From assembly GCF_006345805.1 (NCBI RefSeq), contig NC_043004.1, positions 96,162,001-96,226,000 on the forward strand: a DNA stretch of 64,000 bases, read 5' to 3'. A model generated the notes under the pieces. The model was not told the origin of the DNA. It did not search any database and saw nothing but the letters and a program-made list of their open reading frames with translations. Positions 53,795-64,000 of this stretch are shown piece after piece. Positions within the stretch are counted from its first letter, which is position 1, and every line of letters starts with the position of its first letter. A program made the position numbers and the translations under genes. Source of the DNA: Octopus sinensis. Taxonomy: Eukaryota.

Positions 53795-53845
53795 TTTGTC
53801 AGTGAACAGGTCGCGGTCTTATAACGACGAAAATATTTTGACAAA
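53795..53845 (+). ncRNA. hammerhead G3:C8 variant, intact core
   Basis: TTTGTCA-GTGAACA-g-GTCG-cggtcttataa-CGAC-GAA-AATATT-T-TGACAAA; 7-bp helix I, palindromic helix III. Confidence 0.75.
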
Positions 53846-54614
53846 TTAAGCTTAAATGTTGAAGTGAATCGAACGGCTTTTGTGTGTTTCTTAAATGGCT
53901 TACAAACACCTTCCACACTGCAATTGTTTTCGTTTCAGCACACGATCTCAGATCAAAACACTTGCTATGCAAGTACATCTCCGTAATTCTCTCCTTCATT
54001 TTCTACAAAGCTCTTCCATCTATCTTACAAAATTCACTTGTCCTTGATGAAAAATAATCCTCCAGTACTGTTCTGACCTCGTCTACAGAATTCATATTTT
54101 TTCCATCTGAATGATTTTGAAAAATGCGGAATAAATGATAATCAGATGGAGCAAATATGGTGGGTGGTGCATAGTTTCCCATTCAATCTGCTCCAGCCTT
54201 TAAAATGTCATCCTTGCTGTATGTGGCCAAGCATTATCCTGATGGAAGAACACCTTTCATTTTGAAACCAAAGATGGTTGTCTTTCTTCTAGCATTGACT
54301 TAAGTCACTTGAGCTGTTTGCCGTAGATCGTCTTTGTTATCGTGTTATTTGGACCGAATAGTGACTGGTAATGAGAAATAGGTTTTCTATAAAAATGTCA
54401 AGCACCAAAGACAGGGGGTGGAAAAAGGAGAAACACTGACACCGCAGGCTAAAAAATGTCTTCACCCATGTAAGGTGTTGTTATCTGCTTGGTGAGATAT
54501 GAAAAGTTTAGCCCACAAAATTTTTACAAAGTCCAACCCATGCGAGCATGGTAAGCAGACATTATAGGATGATAATGATGATGATATTATATATATGTAT
54601 ATATATATATATAT

Positions 54615-54729
<115 letters not shown>

Positions 54730-54731
54730 AG

Positions 54732-54770
54732 CCTATTGAAAAGGTTGCATGACGCAACAAAAATTTTAGG
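54732..54770 (+). ncRNA. minimal hammerhead U3:A8 variant (GAAA decayed to AAAA)
   Basis: CCTA-TTGAAAA-g-GTTGC-atgac-GCAAC-AAA-AATT-T-TAGG inside a ~200-bp repeat (54727-54925). Confidence 0.55.
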
Positions 54771-54935
54771 AAAATAAAAATAGGAAATAAGTGGAAATTT
54801 TACCGGTGAGCATGTTAAATTATAAAGCCCAAAAAGAAAATGACTCTCCCCAGACACAACAGAATATGCTTCAACACACGAACTCATATAAAAAATCTTG
54901 CAAATCAAATCCCAAAACGAAATATATATATATAT

Positions 54936-55580
54936 CATCATCATCATCATCATCATCATTTAACGTCCGCTCTCCATGCTAGCATGGGTTGGACGGTTCA
55001 ACTGGGGTCTGGGGAGCCCGAAAGCTGCACCAGTCCAGTCAGATCTGGCAGTGTTTCTACAGCTGGATGCCCTTCCTAACGCCAACCACTCCGAGAGTGT
55101 AGTGGGTGATTTTATGTGCCACCGACACAGGTGCCAGACGAGGCTGACAAACGGCCACGCTCGGATGGTGTTTTTTATGTGCCACCGACACAGGTGCCAG
55201 ACGAGGCTGGCAGACGGCCACGCTCGGATGGTGTTTTTTATGTGCCACCGACACAGGTGCCAGACGAGGCTGGCAGACGGCCACGCTCGGATGGTGTTTT
55301 TTATGTGCCACCGACACAGGTGCCAGACGAGGCTGGCAGACGGCCATGCTCGGATGGTGTTTTTTATGTGCCACCGACACAGGTGCCAGATGAGGCTGGC
55401 AAACGGCCACGATCGGATGGTGCTTGTTACGTGCCCACAGCACGGAGGCCAGTCGATGCGGTACTGGCTACGGCCACGTTCGGATGGTTTTCTTATGTGC
55501 CACGTGCCACCGGCACTGGTACCACAAAGATACAAATTCCATTGATGTTCATCTATTTTGATTTGTTTTGATTTGATTTG
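54936..55580 (-). mobile_element. RTE LINE 3' tail with five near-identical 63-bp units
   Basis: Units start at 55111, 55174, 55237, 55300 and 55363. Confidence 0.92.
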
Positions 55581-55937
55581 ATTTGATTTGATTTGATTTA
55601 TATATATATATATATATATATAGATGAGTAAATGTAAGGTTAAGCAAATTAGGCAAGTCAATCTACAAAAGATATCAAATACTTTTAATACAAAAATTAA
55701 GTTCTCCACAAAATCATTCCATCTTTAATCTCCTTTCTGCAACCTTCTCAAATATAAAATTTTCCCCCTGAAGGCGGTGGCTATTATTATCCAATGATGG
55801 AATCAATTTACAATCATTATTTTGGAGCACTAACCTCCCAGAAACAGCTGTTGGACTTGTAAAACCTTTATTCAACCCATTTAATTCCTCATATCATTTC
55901 TATTCAATATAAGTCGGTTTTTTTATGTAGACATATA

Positions 55938-56345
55938 CTCTTTTACTCTTTTACTTGTTTCAGTCATTTGACTGTGGCCATGCTGGAGCACCGCCTTTAG
56001 TCGAGCAAATCGACCCCGGGACTTATTCTTTTGTAAGCCCAGTACTTATTCTATCGGTCTCTTTTGCCGAACTGCTAAGTAACGGGGACATAAACACACC
56101 AGCATCGGTTGTCAAGCAATGCTAGGGGGACAAACACAGACACACAAACATACACACATACATATATATATATACATATATACGACAAGCTTCTTTCAGT
56201 TTCCATCTACCAAATCCACTCACAAGGCTTTGGTCGGCCCATGACTATAACAGAAGGCACTTGCCAAAGATGCCACGCAGTGGGACTGAACCCGGAACCA
56301 TGTGGTTGGTTAGTAAGCTACTTACCACAAAGCCACTCCTGCGCC
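55938..56345 (-). mobile_element. SINE family A
   Basis: Full-length reverse-complement copy. Confidence 0.93.
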
Positions 56346-56505
56346 TATGTATATATTTTGTATTAAATATATTTAATATTTTTTGTATATTGACTTGCTT
56401 ATGCTTACATTTACTCCTCTACCTGTTTAGTTTAAATCTCTTGAGCACTATGATGCCTATTCTATATGGAGAACATCAGTCTCTCATCTATAAACCCTAT
56501 ATATA

Positions 56506-56926
56506 TTGGGTTGGTGCATAATTATTGCGGCTTTTTTCAACAAATTTTATTCAACAAAGGCAATAACGTTATTTAACAAAAACATCGTTAAATGACGATT
56601 TGACCATCTGCCAAGCAAATGGGAAGCAGTAATGGAAGTAGATGGTGAATATGCTCCAGAATAATCATTTAAAGATGTTTTTGTTACATGTTGTTATTGT
56701 TTTTGCTGAATAAAATTTGCTGAAAAAATGCCGCAATAATTATGTACCAGGCATAGGAGTGGCTGTGTGGTAAGTAGCTTGCTTACAAACCACATGGTTC
56801 CGGGTTCAGTCTCACTGCATGGCACCTTGGGCAAGTGTCTTCTACTATAGCCTCAGGCCAACCAAAGCCTTGTGAGTAGATTTGGTAGACGGAAACTGAA
56901 AGAAGCCCTTCATATATATGTATACA

Positions 56927-56963
<37 letters not shown>

Positions 56964-57177
56964 ATATGCTTGTGTATCTGTGTTTGTCCTTCAACATCGC
57001 TTGATAACCGATGGTGGTGTGTTTACGTGCCCGTAACTTAGCAGTTTGGCAAAAGAGACCAATAGAATAAGTACTAGGCTTACAAAGAATAAGTCCTAGG
57101 GTCGATTTGCTTGACTAAAGGTGGTGCTCGAGCATGGCCACAGTCAAATGACTGAAACAAGTAAAAGAGTAACCCAA
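56506..57177. mobile_element. mariner-type MITE whose right TIR is split by a family-A SINE (56750-57170)
   Basis: TA|ttgggttggtgcataattattgcggc ... gccgcaataattatgtacc[SINE]aacccaa|TA. Confidence 0.9.
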
Positions 57178-57659
57178 TATGTTTGTGCACCACTGATAAA
57201 TTTATTTCCAGCTGTGCCTCTATTTCTTTCACCAATATCTATGGAAGTTCAGTATTGGTAATTAACATAAGCACTATTCAGTGTCCTGAATAACCTGTTT
57301 GCTGGCTGAAAGACTTGGCCATGAAGAGTTAAGTAGTCGCGTATGTATATAAAAAGAATGAATGACAGGGCAACAGTTGACTATTCAACCTGATGATTAT
57401 AATCCTAATCCTATTTCTTCAGTTACCATGTAGAAATGTTATGCATATCTATCTAACTGCATATTCATATACATATGTGAAGATATATGTGTGTGTGTGA
57501 CTGTGTGTAAATATGTATATGTGTATATATGAGTATATATACATATATATACACACACATATACAAATATGCATATATATATATATATATATATGTAATA
57601 TACAAATAAATATCTGTAAATATAAAACCATCCGAATTTCTGAGTACCTCATTTCTTCT

Positions 57660-57694
<35 letters not shown>

Positions 57695-57705
57695 CACATG
57701 CAAAT

Positions 57706-57743
<38 letters not shown>

Positions 57744-57762
57744 CAAATATATATATATATAT

Positions 57763-57814
<52 letters not shown>

Positions 57815-57851
57815 TATATATTATATATACAAATATATATTATATATATAT

Positions 57852-57910
<59 letters not shown>

Positions 57911-58518
57911 TGCATACAAATATGCATACATGCATATATATCTTAGTAAAACACTGTGAATGCAAGCCTTTTAATCTGTTACAGGTCTTACACTGTATCT
58001 ACACTTTTAGATATTCACCTCATACTACACCATGCATACACACACAAACACACACACACACACACACATACACACGCATTCACTGAACTTCACTCTCTTT
58101 AGTCTCTCTTCCCTTTTAACTGAAGTTTTATTTTGGTCTTTGCTTCCTCTAACAAGGCTTTCCACTTATTTCCCTTCTTTTTTCAAAATTTAACTTCACA
58201 TGATTTCATGCTCTTGTATTAGAGATGCTTTCCCGTCCATGCTTTATCTTCCTTCCTTCCTTTCCTTTACTTTGAACCATTTTCTCTTCTTTGGTCATAA
58301 ATGAATTCAAATCTCTGTGATAAATAAATACCAAATGAGGAACACTAAACTTCACTTAATTCTAACATTACAGCAAGTTTTAAAAACTGTTATTATTCAT
58401 GTTTTTTTCTTTTTCTTTTTGTTTCTTTTTACTTTCTATTTCGTTCAGGACTTATGATTTATCTAAGCATCACAGGTGCTATTCTGATGGAGCTATCTTG
58501 CTAGGTACAGGGTCAATG

Positions 58519-58691
58519 CAGTGCTGTGCTATCCTAAGGCAAGAGTAGACTAGGCAGCTGCTCAGGAGCCTCAGAATCTATGGACCCAGTTCTGATCTAT
58601 GCATTCTATGGTTTGCTGTCAATAAATAAATAATATAGGGCCCATAGCACTGATTTGCCTGGGTGCCAATAATGCTACTAAGATGACCCTG
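58519..58691. mobile_element. hAT-like MITE
   Basis: CAG...CTG ends; 8-bp flanks ggtcaatg / ggtcaaag. Confidence 0.55.
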
Positions 58692-58861
58692 GGTCAAAGG
58701 CTGATATACTTTAACTGTTGTTGTACTGTGATTCTGACAATATTATCTAATTCTTGCTAATATTACCCACCTAGATCTCAGCTACAACTGTGCAAATACT
58801 CAAGTTTTACTAGAAGTAATAGAGATGTTGACTAAAAGACAATTTTTTAGCTAGTTTGCAA

Positions 58862-59379
58862 TCAATTCGATGACTGGCATCCGTGCTAGCGGGGTGCAAA
58901 GAGCACCATACGAGTGTGATCGTTGACAGAGCGGCTATTCGAGTATGATCGTTGCCAGTGTCGCCTTACTGGCACTTATGCCTGTGCTAGTAGGGTGCCA
59001 AGAGCACCATCCAAGTGAGATCATTGCCAGAGCAGCCAACTGGCTTCCATACCCGTGGCATGTAAAAGGGCACCATTCGAGCGTGATTGTTACCAACGTC
59101 GCTTCACTGGCACTTGTGCCAGTGGCATGTGTAAAAAGATTCAAGCGAGGTCATTGACAATACCGCCTGACTGGCCCCCATGCCGTTGGCACGTAAAAAG
59201 CACCCACTACACTATCGGAGTGGTTGGCGTTAGGAAGGGCATCCAGCTGTAGAAACTCTGCCAGATCAAGATTGGAGCCTGGTGCAGCTTTCTGGCTTGC
59301 CAGCCCTCAGTCGAAATCGTCCAACCCATGCTAGCATGGAAAGCGGGCGTTAAACGATGATGATGATGATGATGATGAT
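58862..59379 (+). mobile_element. RTE LINE 3' UTR and tail
   Basis: Same subfamily as 48900-49410, with a different unit arrangement. Confidence 0.88.
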
Positions 59380-59831
59380 CTCAGTTTAGTGGCACCTTAG
59401 TTCTTTCTATGAAAGGACAAAATCTAATAGCAAATCGTTTGTATAAAACCTGTCTCCAATAATTCAATTCTACTGTAGTATCCTTACAATGAAGTGAAAT
59501 TACTGAACAGATGAGCTGTAAACCAACAGACAATTATTAAGTCATATCTTACAGACTATTTTGTCCAGAGTGCTTGGCTAAAATAGACTACTATTTGAAT
59601 TCCCTTCACCATTCTGAGGAATAATTTCCAAGATTTTCAGAGACTGCTTTGTTACTTAGTGTAGTGTCAGATCTATCTTTGACCTTCTTTTCAATACATA
59701 AACTGATATGACTTTTATAATCTCCACTTTTATAGCACATAAATACACACATACACATGCACTCAGGTAGATAGATAGATAGATAGACTGACAAACTGCT
59801 AGCTAGCTAGCTAGCTAGCTATATATATATA

Positions 59832-59881
<50 letters not shown>

Positions 59882-60003
59882 TATATATATATATCTATAT
59901 ATATATGCATATATATATATATATATAGATAGATAGACAAGACAGACAGACAGATAGGTAGATAGATAGATAGATATAAATATATCATTCTTTAAACAGG
60001 AAT

Positions 60004-60075
60004 GCCGTGATCGTCTAGTGGTTAGGACCCCACATTGTGGCCGTGGTAACCCAGGTTCGAATCCTGGTCATGGCA
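60004..60075 (+). tRNA. tRNA-His(GTG), near-intact; probably the head of a retroposed chimera
   Basis: GCCGTGATCGTCTAGTGGTTAGGACCCCACATTGTGGCCGTGGTAACCCAGGTTCGAATCCTGGTCATGGCA folds as a cloverleaf with GTG anticodon. Two CpG-type changes (A:C in the anticodon stem, G:T in the acceptor stem). Confidence 0.9.
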
Positions 60076-60204
60076 GCCTCCCTATAATTTTCAGCGGTGG
60101 TGCCCCAGCATGGCCGCAGCCTTCGGGCTGAAACATTTTTAAGGATTTAAGGATTTAGGGAATGGCAGTAACTTTGTAGTTTCACCATTGTTAGCCTTTA
60201 TCAG

Positions 60205-60249
60205 ACTGTCTGATGAAGGCCAAACAGGTTGAAACTTCGAAGTCACTGT
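60205..60249 (+). ncRNA. type-I hammerhead, canonical core, partly decayed helices
   Basis: actgt-CTGATGA-a-GGCC-aaaca-GGTT-GAA-ACTTCGAAGT-C-actgt; palindromic helix III, GUC site, one mismatch in helix I. Confidence 0.72.
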
Positions 60250-60435
60250 GAACATTATTCTTGTTAAAGAATAATAAATATGCACCATACAAAAAGTATT
60301 AAGTAATTCTTCAGTACTTCAGTTTAATGCAAAGTTGTTTTTATTATAACTCTACATAAAAACAAACATTAATGATATGTATATACTTTATCTGTACATT
60401 TATATGGCACACACATACACACACACACACACATA

Positions 60436-60834
60436 CTCTTTTACTCTTTTACTTGTTTCAGTCATTTGACTGTGGCCATGCTGGAGCACCGCCTTTAATC
60501 GAGCAACTCGACCCCAGGACTTATTCTTTTGTAAGCCCAGTACTTATTCTATCGGTCTCTTTTGCCGAACCGCTAAGTAACGGGGACATAAACACACCAG
60601 CATCGGTTATCAAGCAATGCTAGGGGGACAAACACAGACACACAAACACACACACGCATATATATATATATACATATATACGACGGGCTTCTTTCAGTTT
60701 CCATCTACCAAATCCACTCACAAGGATTTGGTCGGCCCGAGGCTATAGTAGAAGACACTTGCCCAAGGTGCCACGCAGCGAGACTGAACCCGGAACCATG
60801 TGGTTTGTAAGCAAGCTACTTACCACACAGCCAC
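60436..60834 (-). mobile_element. SINE family A
   Basis: Full-length reverse-complement copy. Confidence 0.93.
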
Positions 60835-61067
60835 TAATGCACACACATACTCACACACACACATACTCACACACACATATGCACGCATATGTATACATAT
60901 GTATATATATATGACTTGGGGTTATTGCAGAAGATACTTGCCCAAGGGTGATGTGCCATGGGACTGAACCCAAAATCATGTGGTTTAAAGCAAACATCTT
61001 GACTACATGGACATACATGCACCTCCATGTAAATATGTGTACATGTGTGTTTGTGTGTGTGTATGTG

Positions 61068-61100
<33 letters not shown>

Positions 61101-61114
61101 ATGTGAATATATAT

Positions 61115-61538
61115 TCTTTTATTGTTTAACTTGTTTCAGTCATTTGATTGTGGCCATACTGGAGCACCGCATTAAGGATTTTAGTTGAAAAAATCAACCC
61201 CAGGACTTATTCTTTGTAAGTCTAATACTTATTCTATCAGTTGCTTTTGTGAAACTGTTGAGTTACTAGAAAAATAAACACACCAGCATTGGTTGTCAGG
61301 CAATGGCAGGGCGACAAACACAGACACACACACATAAATACATACATACATACATACATTTATAAATACATGATGGGCTTCTTTCAGTTTCCATCAATCA
61401 AATCCACTCACAAGGCTTTGATTGGCCCGAGGCTGTAGTAGAAGTTACTTGCCAAAGGTGCCACACAGTGGGACTGAACCTAGGACCATGTGGAACCATG
61501 TGGATGGGAAGCAAGCTTCTTACCACACAGCCACTCCT
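61115..61538 (-). mobile_element. SINE family A (older)
   Basis: Diverged reverse-complement copy. Confidence 0.88.
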
Positions 61539-61547
61539 ATATATATA

Positions 61548-61580
<33 letters not shown>

Positions 61581-61692
61581 AAGTAAAATCAAAATGAGGG
61601 TGAAAAATTGGATATTAATTTGATAAGATCAATTTTAACGCCAGTGGTCTAGCATATAAAAAAACCGAGATTCAGTAAATAGTATTTCGTAC

Positions 61693-62111
61693 ATAAATAT
61701 AAGAGGGAATTTTTTAACCCCTTTGTGGAAACCCTTATGCTAGAAGAAGATCCGCTATGGTCTCAAACACTAAGAATTGCTCTCCAGAAAATTCTGGTGT
61801 GCTAAATTTTCTGGAGAGCAATTCTTAGTCGGCTTTGACACATTTCCTGTGTCCTTATATTTGTGAAATGTGTCAAAGCCAACAGTAAGCATTTGAAGCT
61901 TCCTAGGGCTAAACAACAGTGATGTAATTCCCATACGGGACTGTCACGTTAAGTTGACAGTATACAACTCTATTGCTCCACCACCACTCATGTCTCTTTG
62001 AGACATTTAGAAATTTAATAATTCTGAATTCTTAGTTGTTGAGACCATAGCGGATCTTTTTCTAGCATAAGGGTTTCCACATAGTGGTTAAAAAATTTGC
62101 TCTTATATTTA

Positions 62112-62112
<1 letters not shown>
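61693..62112. repeat. nested inverted-repeat (foldback) element
   Basis: ~86-bp outer arms enclosing perfect 25-bp and 16-bp hairpins and smaller stems. Confidence 0.88.
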
Positions 62113-62162
<50 letters not shown>

Positions 62163-63674
62163 ATATATATATATACACACACATACACACACACATAGTT
62201 ATAATGTTATTGATGAATGTTTGTAGTTAATACTCTTCCAAATCACTAAGCTTTATAGGACCAGTTCTTATCTCCATTTTCCTGAAATGCTGAGTGAGTG
62301 AATAATAAATCTCCTTTAGCAGGATGCCAGAGAATTGCAAATTAAATAAAAGATGAGTTACAAGAAAGCAAATACCCAGTTGATTTGATAAAATTCTGGA
62401 ATAATTTATTATCCCCATATAAGGCACAAAATTCTTATGGCATATAACCTTTCTTTAAGAGCCTTTGAATCCGGTTTTACAGCATAAGAAAGTATTTAAA
62501 CAGAAACCTTGCAGCGAACTGTCAAAGAATTTAAACCAGCTTACAAGCTAATGAAACTACTGTCAATTCGCTCAAAGTACCCACTTAAAGCTAGGGTGAG
62601 TCAATGTGGAAGCCTATGTGTCATCTCCCATCCTGATAAAAACAGTGACCAAATGTCCTTTAAACTCATATCCTACATCTTAGAAAATTAGTACTTAATG
62701 CACAGTGTAATCCTAGACATGCAAAAAAGAAAAGATGGTCATGGGTGGAATGACTCTGATCATGGAGCTGAGTACTTAGAACTATTGAAAGTTTGGTGAG
62801 AGACTCAAAAACAATGGTTCTGACAGGATAGAAACTGCTGATCTCTTGGTTGGTTGTTTGAAACCTTGCCACTTTGGTGAACTGAGATTATCTTGTATCA
62901 TGCTGGCTTTTGTGGAAATTGCAGAGACTGTAAAAAGTGAAGCAGAAAGCAATAGATATCCATTCTTTCTACTTGTTTTATACCCAAGTTGGCCAGATCC
63001 AACCTTTCATACCTATCCCACAATGTGATTCTGAAAAAAAAAACAATCACATTATTATTGAAATCTTGAAGCTATGAGATAATGCATGATTGATTCAAAA
63101 TAATGTGAATAAATAAGCATTACATATGACAAAGTGGAGGCACATGACTTAGTGGTTAGGGTGTTGAACTCATGATCGTAAAGTTGTGGTTTCGATTCCT
63201 GGACCGGATGATGTGTTGTGTTCTTGAGCAAAACACTTCATTTCATGTTGTCCCAGTCCATGCCCGTGACTATCATGCACCATAGAATAACTACAACACA
63301 CCATTTGATATTGATAAAAGATAAATCTGACCATGAATAATGAGCAGTCCCAGAAAATTCAGAGCTATATTTTTCAAAGAGGATTGTTATTGCAATATAT
63401 TTAGCCAAAACCTTTGGGCACAATTTTAGGATATGACTTAATGACTCAAAAGTCAATTGGCTTAAATATCATCAATACAGGAATTTAGCTTCATTGCAAA
63501 TATACTACAATATGACTGAATTATTGGAGATAAGTTTTATGCTATCAATTCACAGATAGATTTTGGCCCCTAATATGAAGGGCCTAGGAGCTGCTAGAGT
63601 GATTTGAGTTCTAAAATTGCAAGCTGACAAAGCATTTGTCATTTATAATTTCGATTTAAATATCAAATATTAAA

Positions 63675-64000
63675 TCTATATATATAAAACTGTAGTTGTG
63701 TGAGTGTCTGTCCCCTTCGATTTAGATTCCTAACTACTCCCACATTTTGTGATGCAGTTTAACCAAATTCGGGTATCTTATAGTCGTGATTCATATCGAG
63801 CCCGTCTGGGTATTAGCGCGCGTCTACGATGAGTCTACGATTTTTAAAATAATTTAACATCATTTTTTATTCCATTTTGATGCATATGTTTTCGTGTGTC
63901 GATGGCGGTGGAGTTGGCGTCCACGCTCACATCTGCACCTGTGTTGCTTCTCCCCCTTCTTCCCTCCCTCGTGAAGCTATGGGGAAGGGAGTGTAAGGAA
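63675..64000 (+). mobile_element. Helitron 5' portion, runs off the window
   Basis: A|TCTATATATATAAAA; first ~220 bp match the 5' part of 51213-51608, then diverge. Confidence 0.85.

Larger units (their letters stand above)
53614..54518 (-). mobile_element. rearranged mariner remnant (one TIR, insertion at 53714-53985, inverted segment 54349-54518)
   Basis: Minus strand FFHQDNAWPHTARM...HHPPY..APSDYHLF; plus strand LDRIVTGNEK*VFYKNV...LHPCKVLLSAW*DMK. Confidence 0.85.

Noticed and set aside
54960-55709. 249-aa and 189-aa ORFs with 21-aa repeats
   Set aside because: Result of a stop-poor 63-bp tandem unit; open on both strands and running into microsatellite.
60004-60075. tRNA-His as a certainly functional gene
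   Set aside because: An anticodon-stem mismatch, CpG-type decay and the attached retroposon tail favour a retrocopy; function cannot be excluded from sequence alone.
61738-61775. CTAGAAGA-AGATC..GGTCT-CAAAC resembling a hammerhead
   Set aside because: Both core segments deviate and the mirror copy differs at the same positions.
62515-62595. Possible 81-nt plus-strand exon (RTVKEFKPAYKLMKLLSIRSKYPLKAR) with a GTGAGT donor
   Set aside because: Weak acceptor, no recognisable homology and no partner exons; chance occurrence is likely.

Overview
AT-rich, repeat-saturated eukaryotic non-coding DNA. The SINE, LINE and microsatellite repertoire looks like an octopus (coleoid cephalopod) genome; this is recognised from memory, not from a search. 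There is no intact protein-coding gene, and almost all ORFs in the track are microsatellite read-through or SINE/LINE-UTR artefacts. The window holds: many copies of at least three tRNA-headed SINE groups; RTE-type LINE fragments and 3' tails; a Penelope-like GIY-YIG remnant; Tc1/mariner, piggyBac-like and hAT-like remnants and MITEs; four non-autonomous Helitrons; one near-intact tRNA-His sequence; and long simple repeats. The most interesting signal is a set of at least seven type-I hammerhead-ribozyme motifs in short repeat elements. Their core 3:8 pair appears as C:G, G:C and U:A, one copy also has U4C, and six of the seven have a palindromic helix III. Also notable are Pol III-type RNA heads fused to a shared 3' tail whose hairpin covaries between families, Helitrons with an 18-bp hairpin that includes the CTAG terminus, and one candidate host exon. 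All structures were paired by eye and none was computed.
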